Shown: positions 52,970 through 64,000 of the stretch, piece after piece
Numbering within the stretch: position 1 is the stretch's first letter
Layout of the letters: the number at the start of each line of letters is the position of its first letter
DNA from: Mytilus californianus
Lineage: Eukaryota
Reading direction: 5' to 3'
Assembly: GCF_021869535.1 (NCBI RefSeq)
Contig: NW_026262701.1
Span: 21,514,001-21,578,000 of the forward strand
DNA: 64,000 nt
The notes under the pieces: model-generated
The model's database searches: none
The model's input: only the letters and a program-made list of their open reading frames with translations
What the model was told of the DNA's origin: nothing
Position numbers and translations under genes: made by a program

Positions 52970-55660
52970 ATTCATCCTCTTGGTTGCACCACTTAACTAA
53001 TAATCCTCATCTTGCAAAACCTCTCGGTGGACAAAAAGAAGACTAATAGATCCGACAATTGGGAACTAGACATCATATGGTTGCAATGGCAAAATTGATG
53101 GTATAGGTATTCTATCTAGTCCTTCCTGTAGGTCGGTGAATGTGATGAACATTTTCAACTTTACTCCTCAACGTAGACGCAGCCAAGGTCATTGTCATTA
53201 TACATCACCTTCTATCCATGATGTATCTATTAATGACCTGCTGCCATTTATACAAAAGCCATCAGGTATTCATCACATTCGCACGAAGCTTTATGTATTA
53301 TCCCTTTCAAAACTTCATTCTCTGTACAACTCATGTTTGGAAACCACTGTTACAAACCCCCATTCAAACCAATACAAACTTGCAGCTATCATCTCGGATA
53401 TTTCAAGTCACAGACTTTTCAAACCAATTCGCATTGCAAAAGATGAAAAGGAGAAAAGATCCTTTCGAAAACTTTCCTTCGCCAACAAAGGTCTCGATGC
53501 CATCAACTTGGGCACTATCCTTCATCATAAATCAGTTCACTTGAAAATACCTCCCTATTTTAAAGATCAGTCTCTACCTATCATTTTTATACCTATACCA
53601 AACCAATTGTAACTAAAATTTCAATTACAAACACGTGTTGCAGGATCTTAATATTGACGACTTCGAGTCTAAACCTCCTGATTGCACCTTTGTTCCCAAT
53701 TTATATATGATCCGGCTATCCACGTTATTACTGGTGACCTAAACATTGTCAATAATACTTCTCTGCGAAATGTGTTATCCGAAGGCCCGAAATATCGTGA
53801 GCTGAAATCCATCAATTAGAAACACAACTTCAAAATACTGATGGATTCAGCCGAGGATTATACCTGGCAATGTGTTAAACGCGAGAAAGAAGACGAAGAT
53901 AATCTTTCCGAATGGGTTAAGGCTGTGAGGTCATTGATACAAATCAGAATTAAAAAACTGAATGGGTCTATGAATATCCATGTTACATCAATCTTTAAAG
54001 ACCCAAATGCTGCAAAACACCTGTTCTACCTCCATGACAAATATGTTGTTGTCCCTGCAGATAAAGCCCCAAACAACATCGTGTTAACCACATTATATTA
54101 ACTGCTTGATAAATGAACTGGGTATTAACAATTCACTTGGAAACTCAACTTATACCCTCATGACACTTACCAAGGAGGAAATCCTATATAATCATAGGTC
54201 TGTTCTATGTTATTTTGGAATTTCAACCAAAGATGAAGAACTGGATATTCCCTCACTGTATTGGATACCCAAACTACATAAGTGTCCTTACAAACAACGT
54301 TATATTGCTGGGTCTTCCAAGTGCTCCACGAAACCTCTTTCTAAATTATTATCATCAATTTTAACAGCAATCAAAGCCGGGCTTCAAAGTTATTGTGAAA
54401 CTACCTATTCTAAAGGTGGCGTGAATCAGATGTGGATACTAAAATATTCCAAAGATCTTTTAGAATACATACAATCTAAGGTACTTTCATCTTGCAACAG
54501 TATTAAAACATTTGACTTTTCTACACTTTACACAAGTATTCCCAATTCCAAACCAAAAGAAAAATTGAAAGAGTTGGTCCTGCTTTGTTTCATAAAAAAG
54601 AATGGCCAATGTAAATACAAATCTTATCATAGGGAGGGATAAATCGTACTTTGTAAAAAATAACTCTGATTCAAACAAAAAAGTTCTCTGAAACTGATAT
54701 TAACAACATACTTGTTACGTTTGGGGGACGTGTTTTTCAACAAACAATCGGTATTCCCATGGGAACCAACTGTGCTCCTCTTTTTGCCGACTTGTTTCTT
54801 TATTCATATGATGCTGACTTCATACAGGAACTTTTTAAAAAGAAAAAAAAGTTAGCAGTATCCTTTAACTTTACTTTCCGCTATATAGATGATGTTGTAT
54901 CACTACATAATTCAAAATTTGTCGACTACTAGTATGTTGAACGCATCTATGCATCTATGCATCTATGCAATTGAACTTGGGATAAAGGATACGACAGATA
55001 CAGTTAAGTCTGTCTCATATCTTGAATTACATATAGAAATTGAAAACAAAATTTTACGACAAAAGAGATGATTCACTTTTCCAATTGTGAACTTTCCATT
55101 TTTGTGTAGCAATATTCAAGCAGTGCCTGCATACGAAGTATATATCTTCCAGTTGATACGATGTTCAAGAGCTTGTATTTCCTATCATTATTTCCTTGAT
55201 AGAGGGTTGCTGCTGACAGGGAAGCTATTAAACCAAGAGTTCCAAGTGGTGAAGTTGAAATCATCACTTCGTAAATTTTACGGGCGCCATCAAGTTGGTT
55301 GACCGTTATGCAATATCCGTTTCACAGATGACAGCTGATATCCTCCAATTGTCTTAATTACCATCCCATCCCCTTTTTAACGAATGTGACCTACCGAATT
55401 AGACTTATAACCGGGTTTGTACTAACATGAGTAACGATACGGATGCAACATGTGGAGTAGGATCTGTTTACTCTTCCGGAGCACCTGAGATCACCCCTAG
55501 TTTTGGTGGGGTTCGTATTGATCAGTCTTTAGTTTTCTATGTTGTGTTTTGTGAACTGTTCTTTGTCTGTTGAACTTTTTCTTGTTTAGCCATATCATTG
55601 TCAGTTTACTTTCTACTTATGCGTTTGTATCTCCCTTTGGTATCTTTCGCCTCTCTTTTT
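52970..55660 (+). mobile_element. Degenerate Penelope-like retroelement, endonuclease remnant upstream of RT (Naiad-like order)
   Basis: Broken frames encode LYWIPKLHK, TFDFSTLYT, GIPMGTNCAP and FRYIDD, then the C-terminal KSSLRKFYGRH and the shared 3' tail (TGTGGAG(C/T)AGGATCTG..TAC.CTTCCGGAGCACCTGAGATCACC). A decayed QKED**IRQLGT..(S)YGCN motif at about 53032-53087 resembles the end of a PLE GIY-YIG domain. Multiple stops and frameshifts. Confidence 0.8.
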
Positions 55661-55921
55661 CGTCTTTGTTTTATTTTTTTTAATTTCCATTCTTGCAAAT
55701 AATTTGACAAAGTATACGGATTATGTAATACATTGATATTTTAATTTTAATTTTGATCTTATTGTAACAGGAACATGTGTGTGATAAATGTTTCCTCCTT
55801 ATTTTCAGATCTGCAGTGAGTTGATTGAACAAAGTATATATAAAGGAAAAAATTGTCTGCTAGAACAGAGGGAGCTTCTCAGTAATCAGATTCTTCCTGC
55901 AAACGGTTTGAATAGAAAACA

Positions 55922-57135
55922 ATGAATAATCTCAGTATCGTAGTTTTGGTGGCTTTGGTCCTTATCGGATCATTTGCTGTGCAAAGTGGTAAGTAAACGT
56001 TTGTCTTAGAAATATTGTTTATTATGATTTTCCATCCTTTAAAGTTTTTTTTATTAATTTCCAAACAGACTAAGCGTCTGCTGATATATATTCTATGTCG
56101 GATTTTAAAAATGTTTAGTAATTGCAAAAGTCTTTGATAGCAGTCTATATGAAAAAGTAGCGTCATATATTAGATTTGCTTACCCTACTCTCATATAGTC
56201 ATGTCTTTTTAAGATATTATTTTTGAGTTTCAAATAAAGGACGAGACAACCAATTTATTTCAAGACTAATGTGATATTACTTGTAATTGATATGTTTTTT
56301 CAGATGCAGGTGGTGTAAGTTAAAAAATGCCTGTAGTGTTTTAAGTGATATAACAATAACAAACAGTATAATCAATTGAAGAGGTATTCTTTACACAAAA
56401 TACAATATTGGCTAAATTGAACAATATAGAGATGGTACACAGAGATGAGAACCTTTGTTTACACGAAAGTATAGCCACTTCAAGTAATCACATAAATGAA
56501 TTGTATCAGTTGGATCAATCTTCCATTGATTCAATAAGAAATGTCTGAATGTTTTTAAATATCTGAAAATATAAGTGTATTTCGAAGGAAGTTATTTTCT
56601 TGTTCAGGTCGTATTGTGACATTACGTTGTTCACATCAATTGTTCTTAGGTCTTATCTGATCAATGTCTCAATTGTTGCAAGCGTACCACTTGATAATAT
56701 GTTATATGGATTCTAGAAAAATCAATGTCCACTGCCTTTTTAATATAATAGTTTGGTAATGGGGGCTGAATAAACCTGATAAATGTTTATATGTCTGTCC
56801 TAATTCATGATCTCCAGCGGTTGATAGCCTTATCTAAATATTGTTATTGGAGTCTGGTGTTACGGTACATTTTTTGACGTTCCTTTGAAATTTATTTCCT
56901 ACTGTCTTTAGTGTGTGATAAGATTTTGTGAGGGTATTTGAAGTTTGTTAATCATGGTTTTCTTAAATAGATACAAGAAGATGTGGTATGAGTGCCAATG
57001 AGACAACTCTCTATCCTAGTTTGTAATTTTTAAAAGTAATCAGTTTTTCCCTACCTAATTTATCTCTAATATTTATTTTGATATGGACTGGTCATTGTTA
57101 TTGAAACTTGCGGAATTCGTTTAGGTGAAGTTATT
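55922..57135 (+). pseudogene. mfp-3: mfp-3 copy E: intact exon 1 and micro-exon, no exon 3 in the window
   Basis: Exon 1 at 55922-55988 (MNNLSIVVLVALVLIGSFAVQS), micro-exon at 56304-56314 (ATGCAGGTGGT), intact GT donors, TATA at 55835-55844. Intron-2 similarity to C and D runs to about 57135, where it meets the mfp-5 stop codon. I found no TGGAATAAAGG-type exon 3 on the + strand downstream. Confidence 0.8.
57072..57077 (-). terminator. Candidate mfp-5 polyadenylation signal
   Basis: AATAAA on the minus strand, 60 nt after the mfp-5 stop codon. Confidence 0.55.
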
Positions 57136-57137
57136 TA

Positions 57138-60100
57138 CTAACTGCTACCGCCTCCATAATATTTCTTGTAATCTTTTCTGTGGTATTTTCTAGCTTTCTT
57201 AAGATATTTGTACTTTCCAGTGCGCTTATATTTGTAATAGTATTTCCTTCCTTTTCCGTAATACTTTCCCTTGTATCCATGCCCGTGATATCCGTGCCAA
57301 TGACTTCCAGATGGATAGTACGCATTGCCTGGGTAAAAGGCGCCACTGTAATCCTGTCGAAAATAAATCCTGCTATTACACTGTACCGAATGAATATTTC
57401 AATATAACGCAGATTTGAATGGTAATTCAATTCTAAAGAAAATTTTTATAAATTGATTTAACGATATAAAGGGAAATATTTCTTTTTGTTGCGTCTGACG
57501 TCACAAATGGTGTATAAGCAGACTAAGCAATGACAGGTTTGCTTTGGTAATAACAAGCCTTCTTTGATAAGGCATTATTTATATTGTTTGATTTGATTTC
57601 TCAATTTGTCGCCTGTAATAACCATACATTTTTTAATGTACGTCCTTCTCTTTGACTGCTGTTATTCCACTCATCAATAGAGAGAAAAAAGTTATATACT
57701 TTAACACTGTATAATCCTGCTAGAAATTAATGTGCCTACCCCCAAGCAAGGAACCTCGTCATTGGTTCATATCTATTTTCTTTTCTTTCATTAAGGACGT
57801 ATGCGGTTCAATAAGAGTCTTTTTTATTTCTGTTTGTTTGCTAATTGTGTTGTTATGGTGCCGTTTACATATAACTGACTTCATCATCGAATATCATGCA
57901 CTACGTGAGTAAATTTAATAGCAAGTATTCGGTGGTTCATGGTGCATATACCCCGTAAACAAAAGCGGTGATTTGAATGTTAATTATTGTTTAAATAACA
58001 CTCAAGTATATTACATCTTTCGCTTGACGGCTCAGGAGATATAAAAACTTACTGAGAATATGAGCCAATATCCCCTGTGAAGATCCCGAATTACATATAA
58101 TGTCTAAAATAAACCCGTTGTCTACACATTCTTTTACACAATTATATATGCATACAGTACGCGATATCCGGTAGAATGCAATATCTATTGTTCTATTCAG
58201 ATTGATTTATTTATATGCTTGTTAATATATTGAAATGTCAATTTGTCCAGACATTTTTTACACAATCATATCCATGTGATATTATTGCATTCTAGTTTCA
58301 TATTTTGAATATATATTATTGTCATACCTTTTAATTTGCGAATAATGCAAGTAGGTGAGTATCGCAATAATAAGAACTCGCATTCCGAAATCTGACACAT
58401 ATATTTGTATGCAGTTTTTCTTGTTTTTGCAATAATTATTCTCACATATTGGTCTGTCATGTCGAAATAGCATTAATAAATGCACGCAATAATTTCTGAA
58501 TTTACAGTATATGATTAAAATACTGAAAACATATCCATTCAAATGGATACTTTAACATTATTTCTAAGACAGACATATCCATTCAAATGGATACTTTAAC
58601 ATTATTTCTAAGAAAGAATAAACTGATAAAAAAGGCTGTGACGAATGCGATAAAGGGTAAATTTGTAAACTATATTAGAGAAATCAATTTATTATGACCA
58701 AATTAGCGGATGAGCGCGGCTCTCTGGAAGGGTAAACTGACTCCGTTCTATCCGTATCTTAACATATATTCAGAATAAATTAATGATTAAAATTAGTGAT
58801 AGGACGTCAAAACAAAAGCCGACTGGTAGATGGTTGTCTTAGCTATTATATGTCCAACACTAAAGGGTCGTCCTGTCAATATAATGGAATTTGATGAGAC
58901 TGTCATACAAGTGAGAGGGTAGCTAGCTGTAAAACCAGGTTCAATCCACCATTTTGTACATAAGAAAATGCCTGTACCAAGTCAGGAATATGACAGTTGT
59001 TATCCATTTGTTTCATGTGTTTGAGCTTTTGATTTTGCCATTTGATTAGGGACTTTCCTTTTTGAGTTTTCCTCGGAGTTCAGTATTTTTGTGATTTTAC
59101 CTGTTAGTTGGAAAGGATTTATAGATCCACAGCATCGTACGCACGTTTTAATTCAGCTTAATAGAAAAAAAAAACTAACCAGTTCATGGTTTATTGATCT
59201 GTAAGTTTTTTTCATATTTGGATTTAAAGTTTTCAAAAGTTTTTACACACATTTAAAAAAACATATATAAATGAAAAACGAATCTGGAGGTTAAAAATTA
59301 TCTGTTTTTATCCGGAAATTAGTTAACTATATGCAATATTTGATTCGGGCCATTCGTAATTGGATTTTTGTTTAACCATTATATATCTCTCAGATACTTA
59401 GAATACTTCCTATCTAATATAAATTGCCAAGATACATTTTGGAAAGTAACCGGAATCATGCATCGTAATTTACTTGCTACGAGCAAAACAACAGGATCCG
59501 GTGGTTGAATAGCAACTGCCAAATTTTCTCAAGCGCCTGTCTTCATCATGGTTTTTGTACTTTTTTGTATGAGCATAATATTCAGAAACTTATGTTTCAA
59601 CACACTCAGGCAAAGATGACCTTAGACGATGCGAACTAGACGTATCACCTATTTTAAAGAGTGATGCATGCATACCTTTACTGGAATAGTGCATATGTCT
59701 ATTTAAACGAACAACCCCTTTGAAACAATATCTTTGATTACAAGAAACATAAGATGCAGGCTCATTTAAACGTACAAGCTGCATTTTAATAATAGACAAA
59801 AACAAACGCAATTTATTTTAGCAAAAACCTTTTACGTGTCAGGAAATGTATCTCTGTCGGTTGTAATGTGTGCGCCTGTGTTTGAAGTACCTGTTTGATG
59901 ATTTTTTTTTTAAAATCCACATTTAAACAAAGTCTTTTTAGTATGACTTCAATCATGCTATTGATATTTCTTTATCTAATACGATTTAATTATTAAGCTT
60001 TAGATTATTTCATAAATGGAGAATATAGTAAGCAAAACTACAGTTAACTTAAAATATTTTGTGACATACAGGTCTTTCGTTTATTTACATAAATTTTCTA

Positions 60101-63100
60101 GTTCATAAGCGGCGTTGCTGCCTTTACTTTATATACGATAACATGCCTTTCGTGATTTTTTCATTGCTTGATTTGAATAGTATGTTGTTTCTATAATGAT
60201 TATCCAATAGTTTGGCTAAATTTTTTTCTTTGATAAAATTTTGTCCGGAATCGTTGGAAATATAGTGAATTATTTCAAAAGTCAAAACTACGTACTTTCG
60301 TGTGCTGCTGCCATTTTCTGCAAACATGTTTTTGTGAGCACAATCTTGACTGTATGAATTATTCTATTATATAATAAAATAATCATAAAATATACTTACA
60401 TCATATCCTGAGCCTACATCTACAATATACATTAAGCATTTCAAAAATCATTCGGCAATTTCCATACATGTATACGAGTTAATAATTTAATCAGTATCTT
60501 AACTTTGTAAGAAGACTGTGTATACATTTACTGATACAAAAGTCAATTGTAAACAATCTGTATGGTCTGATAAGGAGAAAGTGACATAACTATTCATCCA
60601 TTTTCAAAGATTAATACAACGGAATATAAATTCCTATATTTTCATTGTTATCATTTCTATTTTTCAATTCGGCTTTTGATGGAAAAGAATTTGAACAACA
60701 AGTGTTTTCCATCAGTTACTGCAGTGCAATAGCCTTTCAAAGTTGATGTAAAAGAATCAGCAACAGCAACTTTATGAATTACATTTTTTTTAAATAAAAT
60801 CTGATTTAAATACATCCGTTATAAGTTCTCTTCTAATGATAATGACTCGAAGGTGTGTATCATTAAATAAAAGTATAACCCGAAAAGGTCCTCGAAACAG
60901 TATGAAAACAAAGCCGTGTCAAAACCTTGTACACATGTCATGTATTTCTATCAGGAAGCTTTAAAAGACAGTTATATTAACAATATCTATTTGCTCATGA
61001 TTAATACGATTGAGATATACCAGCATTTTTTGACATTATAGACGTAAAAACAAACAGACACACATGGGAGTAGAAATAATCTTATCCTGCAATTAGCACT
61101 TTTCCAGTGATTCAGTGCGTTGATAGGGTGTTATCCTTTGCTGGTAAAATCATCAAAGAAATCAGGCTTATAAATTGCAATGCCTGATGGGCAATTTGTC
61201 TCTTAAGACTCATCAGTGGCACACAAATCAATACAATTTTATCTTCCCAATTGTGAACTTTCCATTTCTATGTATCAAAATGTCAGCAGCGATTGCAGAT
61301 GGAGTATATATCTCCAAGTTGAAACGATATTCCAGAGCTGGTATTTCCTATCATGAATTTCTTTATAGATGTTGCTGCTTACGAAAGAGCTATTAAACCA
61401 CAGGTTCCAAGTGGTAACGTTCAAATCATTCTTTCGAACATTTAAGGATTCCATCACGATTTGGTTGGCCATTATAGAAAATCTGTTTCAAAGATAACAT
61501 TGGATATGTTCCGATTAAGGTACTACAATTCCGTCCTCTTTTCCTCGAATGTGATCTACCGAATAAGACTTACTTACATGACCAACATGACGTGTGTCAC
61601 ATTTGGAACAGGATCGGTATGCACTTCCGGATCACCTGATATCAACCTTAGGTTTTTACGGGGTTTTTTATGCGCAGTCTTCAGTTTTTTATGTTGTGTT
61701 TTGTGGACTTTTGATGGTTTTTTGGTGGTCTTTCGTTTTTAACGATGGGGTAGACAGTTTGTTTTCAATTTATAAGTTTTACTACTTTCAATATCTCTTT
61801 GGTATCTTCCGCCTTTCTTTGAAGGCAAAATCAAATACAAAATTAAAGTTCATACAAATGTATCACTCATTATATGATTCACTACATATTTGATATGCAT
61901 ACAAATGTATCATTCATTATATGATTCACTACATATTTGATATGCAAAAAATATAGACGATTTGTACCTTATATTATTTCATTATTAAGTGTGTGTTATT
62001 AATTTCTTTATAATTATGTTGGTTTAAAATTGGTTAATTATTATGAATTTTAGTCATCATTACTGTCTTTTCAATATAAAAACTAACATTTGCACCGACA
62101 TCTGCCTTTCATACATCCAAAGAAGTTTGTTTCTCGATAAAAAAAAATTAAAATAATGGAAAATTTCCGCTTAAATATTTTATTTTTATTCTTGTTGTTG
62201 GAAATTGGGAAATATCGAGTCACAAACACATTACACACAAAATATAATTCAAAGGTCAAAATGAGTATTGGATTTGATTTAAAAAAAAAATGATAATTTC
62301 CATTTGCTTTTAATCCGATAAGAAAAAAAATTTTCATCTTAATGTAGGCAAAAAATAACTTATATGTAAGTAATATATAAATCAAAGTATAAAGAATTGT
62401 AGATGATTTGAAATAACAGTCGCGTCTAGTCTAACGATTTAGAAACTGAACACGGAATTATGGCGTGACCAAATAGTTTTTTGCCTCCACCTCCATAGTT
62501 GGTTTGCATGTATTTGTCCCCTATAGTGACATGTAAAATGAGACAAATCACTGTCACAGTTCAGAATATTTTAGTCAGATGAAGCGATATAATACTCTTA
62601 TGATATAAAAGATGAAAAGTTATAGTCGATTTTTTATGTGTTGTACAAAATCTAAGGTTTTATTCGCCAAATCAAAATTGATGACAACGGTTTTTACTGT
62701 TGTATTTCTTAACCCTGTTTGTTTCGATCATCTAACATCTCACTTTTCTTTTATATTTAACAAAATATTTGGTCCAGGAATATTTGATTAAGTCAATTCG
62801 AAAACTATCTGGTCTGCTCATTAAAATAAACCTCGTGCGTTAATACCTAACATATGACATATTACGGTCACCATCATATTTCATTGTTTCATAGTAAGTG
62901 TGTCACAAATGATAGTTCACATATTTCTCTCAATGTCTAAAGTTGTGTTACGGATGTGACCGTTATCGAATGTAACGTTTTATCGGTTTTTTAAAGAACA
63001 ACAATTATTCCGACCTCAAATTTACCGAAAAAGAACTTTCACTTTTTTTCTTATCAAGGAAATATGTGTAAGATAAATATTCAGAGAGTCATTAGGTATT

Positions 63101-63413
63101 CCAAGGGGTAGTAACTGTCCCTTTGCACTGGTCGTTCGGAATATGGCTGAAATATTTCAACTGGACGTTGAAAACCTGAAATATGTTCTAATGAACAAAT
63201 ATATTAACAAGATTGCATTTACATTTTTTGATAATAGCATTGCTGTTGCTGATTAAGAAAACAAAAATCTAAATTGGTTATCATCGAAGATAGTTTTTCA
63301 TTTATGTCCATTATACATCATATGATAAAACAGTGTTATGGAAATATAGAATTACCGATACAAGCTGCTAAAGTTAAAAGAAAGAGCACCAAGACTACAC
63401 AACTAAGCTTCAT
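57138..63413 (-). CDS. mfp-5: Mussel foot protein-5 (3 exons, 97-aa precursor)
   Basis: Exons 63413-63356 (58 nt), 60419-60400 (20 nt, ATGTAGGCTCAGGATATGAT) and 57353-57138 (216 nt), with GT-AG introns, give MKLSCVVLVLFLLTLAACIDVGSGYDDYSGAFYPGNAYYPSGSHWHGYHGHGYKGKYYGKGRKYYYKYKRTGKYKYLKKARKYHRKDYKKYYGGGSS*. The C-terminal YKYLKKARKYHRK.YKKYYGGGSS is the mfp-5 signature. AATAAA at 57077-57072. Confidence 0.96.
58529..58613. repeat. 44-nt-period direct duplication containing a small palindrome
   Basis: ACATATCCATTCAAATGGATACTTTAACATTATTTCTAAGA at 58529 and 58573. It contains TATCCAT-TCAA-ATGGATA. Confidence 0.9.
58880..59101 (+). repeat. Abundant interspersed repeat (unclassified)
   Basis: AATGCCTGTACCAAGTCAGGAATATGACAGTTGTT...GAGTTCAGTATTTTTGTGATTTTAC. 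Partial copies at about 1200-1330(-), 8745-8885(+), 39785-40030(-), 46495-46715(+) and 49370-49430(+). Confidence 0.8.
61215..61820 (+). mobile_element. Penelope-like 3' fragment in mfp-5 intron 1
   Basis: ORF 61175..61396 reads FPIVNFPFLC...GVYISKLKRYSRA, followed by a decayed copy of the shared 3' tail. Confidence 0.8.
61851..61946. repeat. 47-nt direct duplication
   Basis: CATACAAATGTATCA(C/T)TCATTATATGATTCACTACATATTTGATATG twice. Confidence 0.9.
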
Positions 63414-64000
63414 GTTGGCTAAAACTATGAGCTTTAATTGAATTGTTCTGTTGTTATATTGCATTATGAAACAGATGGTAATTGCACGCAAAAATTAACA
63501 ACAGGATTATAATGTAAAACATGCACAATGCATGAAAGTGCTCGTTTGACTTTTCATCGTAAGACGATGTTTTACAACATAAATATAGAGACGTAGGTTT
63601 ACAACATGATTATATTGTTACTTTTATTTAAAGAAAAAACATCTTAAGTTGTTTCCGTTGTTTGATTGTATTTCTACAAGGTGATCGTTCACAACTCACG
63701 CTAGAATGGTTTCATTTCACAGCCAATAATGCAATGTTAAATATGTTATGAACTTGAATTAAACTACTTCATTAATAGATATGCAATGTTAAAGTATTAA
63801 TCCCAGTTTCAAGCAAGAAGAATTATATTTGCAACTGTATTGCTCTCGTATACTTATAATTACTTTCTCTACTATTACAGTCAATTCCATTTTCTCGTCG
63901 TTATACAAAGGCTTGATACATTTTAGAAAGGAAAACACTTCACCACTAAAAAATTTGATATCAAAACTTTTCATATTTCGAGGAACAGATATGAATAGAA

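Noticed and set aside
55320-55660. Possible SECIS or selenoprotein signal in the Penelope-like 3' tail
   Set aside because: I could not fold a convincing SECIS by eye, and the ORF is too decayed to identify a conserved in-frame TGA. SECISearch on a family consensus would be needed.
57131-57430. Track ORFs over mature exons (57131..57430-, 57180..57407+, 3662..3898-, 12503..12739-, 26994..27176-, 39250..39432+)
   Set aside because: They are alternate-frame or antisense shadows of the stop-poor mfp exons. The spliced frames give recognisable proteins; these do not.

Overview
AT-rich eukaryotic DNA from a marine mussel (genus Mytilus; the protein variants most resemble my recollection of the M. 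californianus / M. coruscus lineage). The window is a byssal-adhesive gene cluster that the ORF track misses because the genes are small and spliced. Manual exon assembly gives four intact mussel foot protein-3 (mfp-3) genes: A at 3681-5510(-), its near-identical duplicate A' at 12522-14351(-), C at 27013-32193(-) and D at 34224-39407(+). It also gives one intact mfp-5 gene at 57138-63413(-), two copies of an aberrant mfp-3 gene (B, B'), an mfp-3 copy lacking its last exon (E), a promoter-only mfp-3 remnant (F) and two mfp-5-like exon-1 orphans. mfp-3 and mfp-5 share one layout: signal exon, phase-1 intron, micro-exon of 11 or 20 nt, phase-0 intron, mature-peptide exon. The mfp-5 3' end and poly(A) signal lie on the antisense strand of mfp-3 intron-2 sequence. 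The rest is an 8.84-kb head-to-tail duplication, inverted segmental paralogs, Penelope-like retroelement debris, hammerhead-ribozyme repeats, tRNA-derived SINEs and Helentron-like elements. All alignments were made by eye, family assignments are from memory, and repeat boundaries are approximate.
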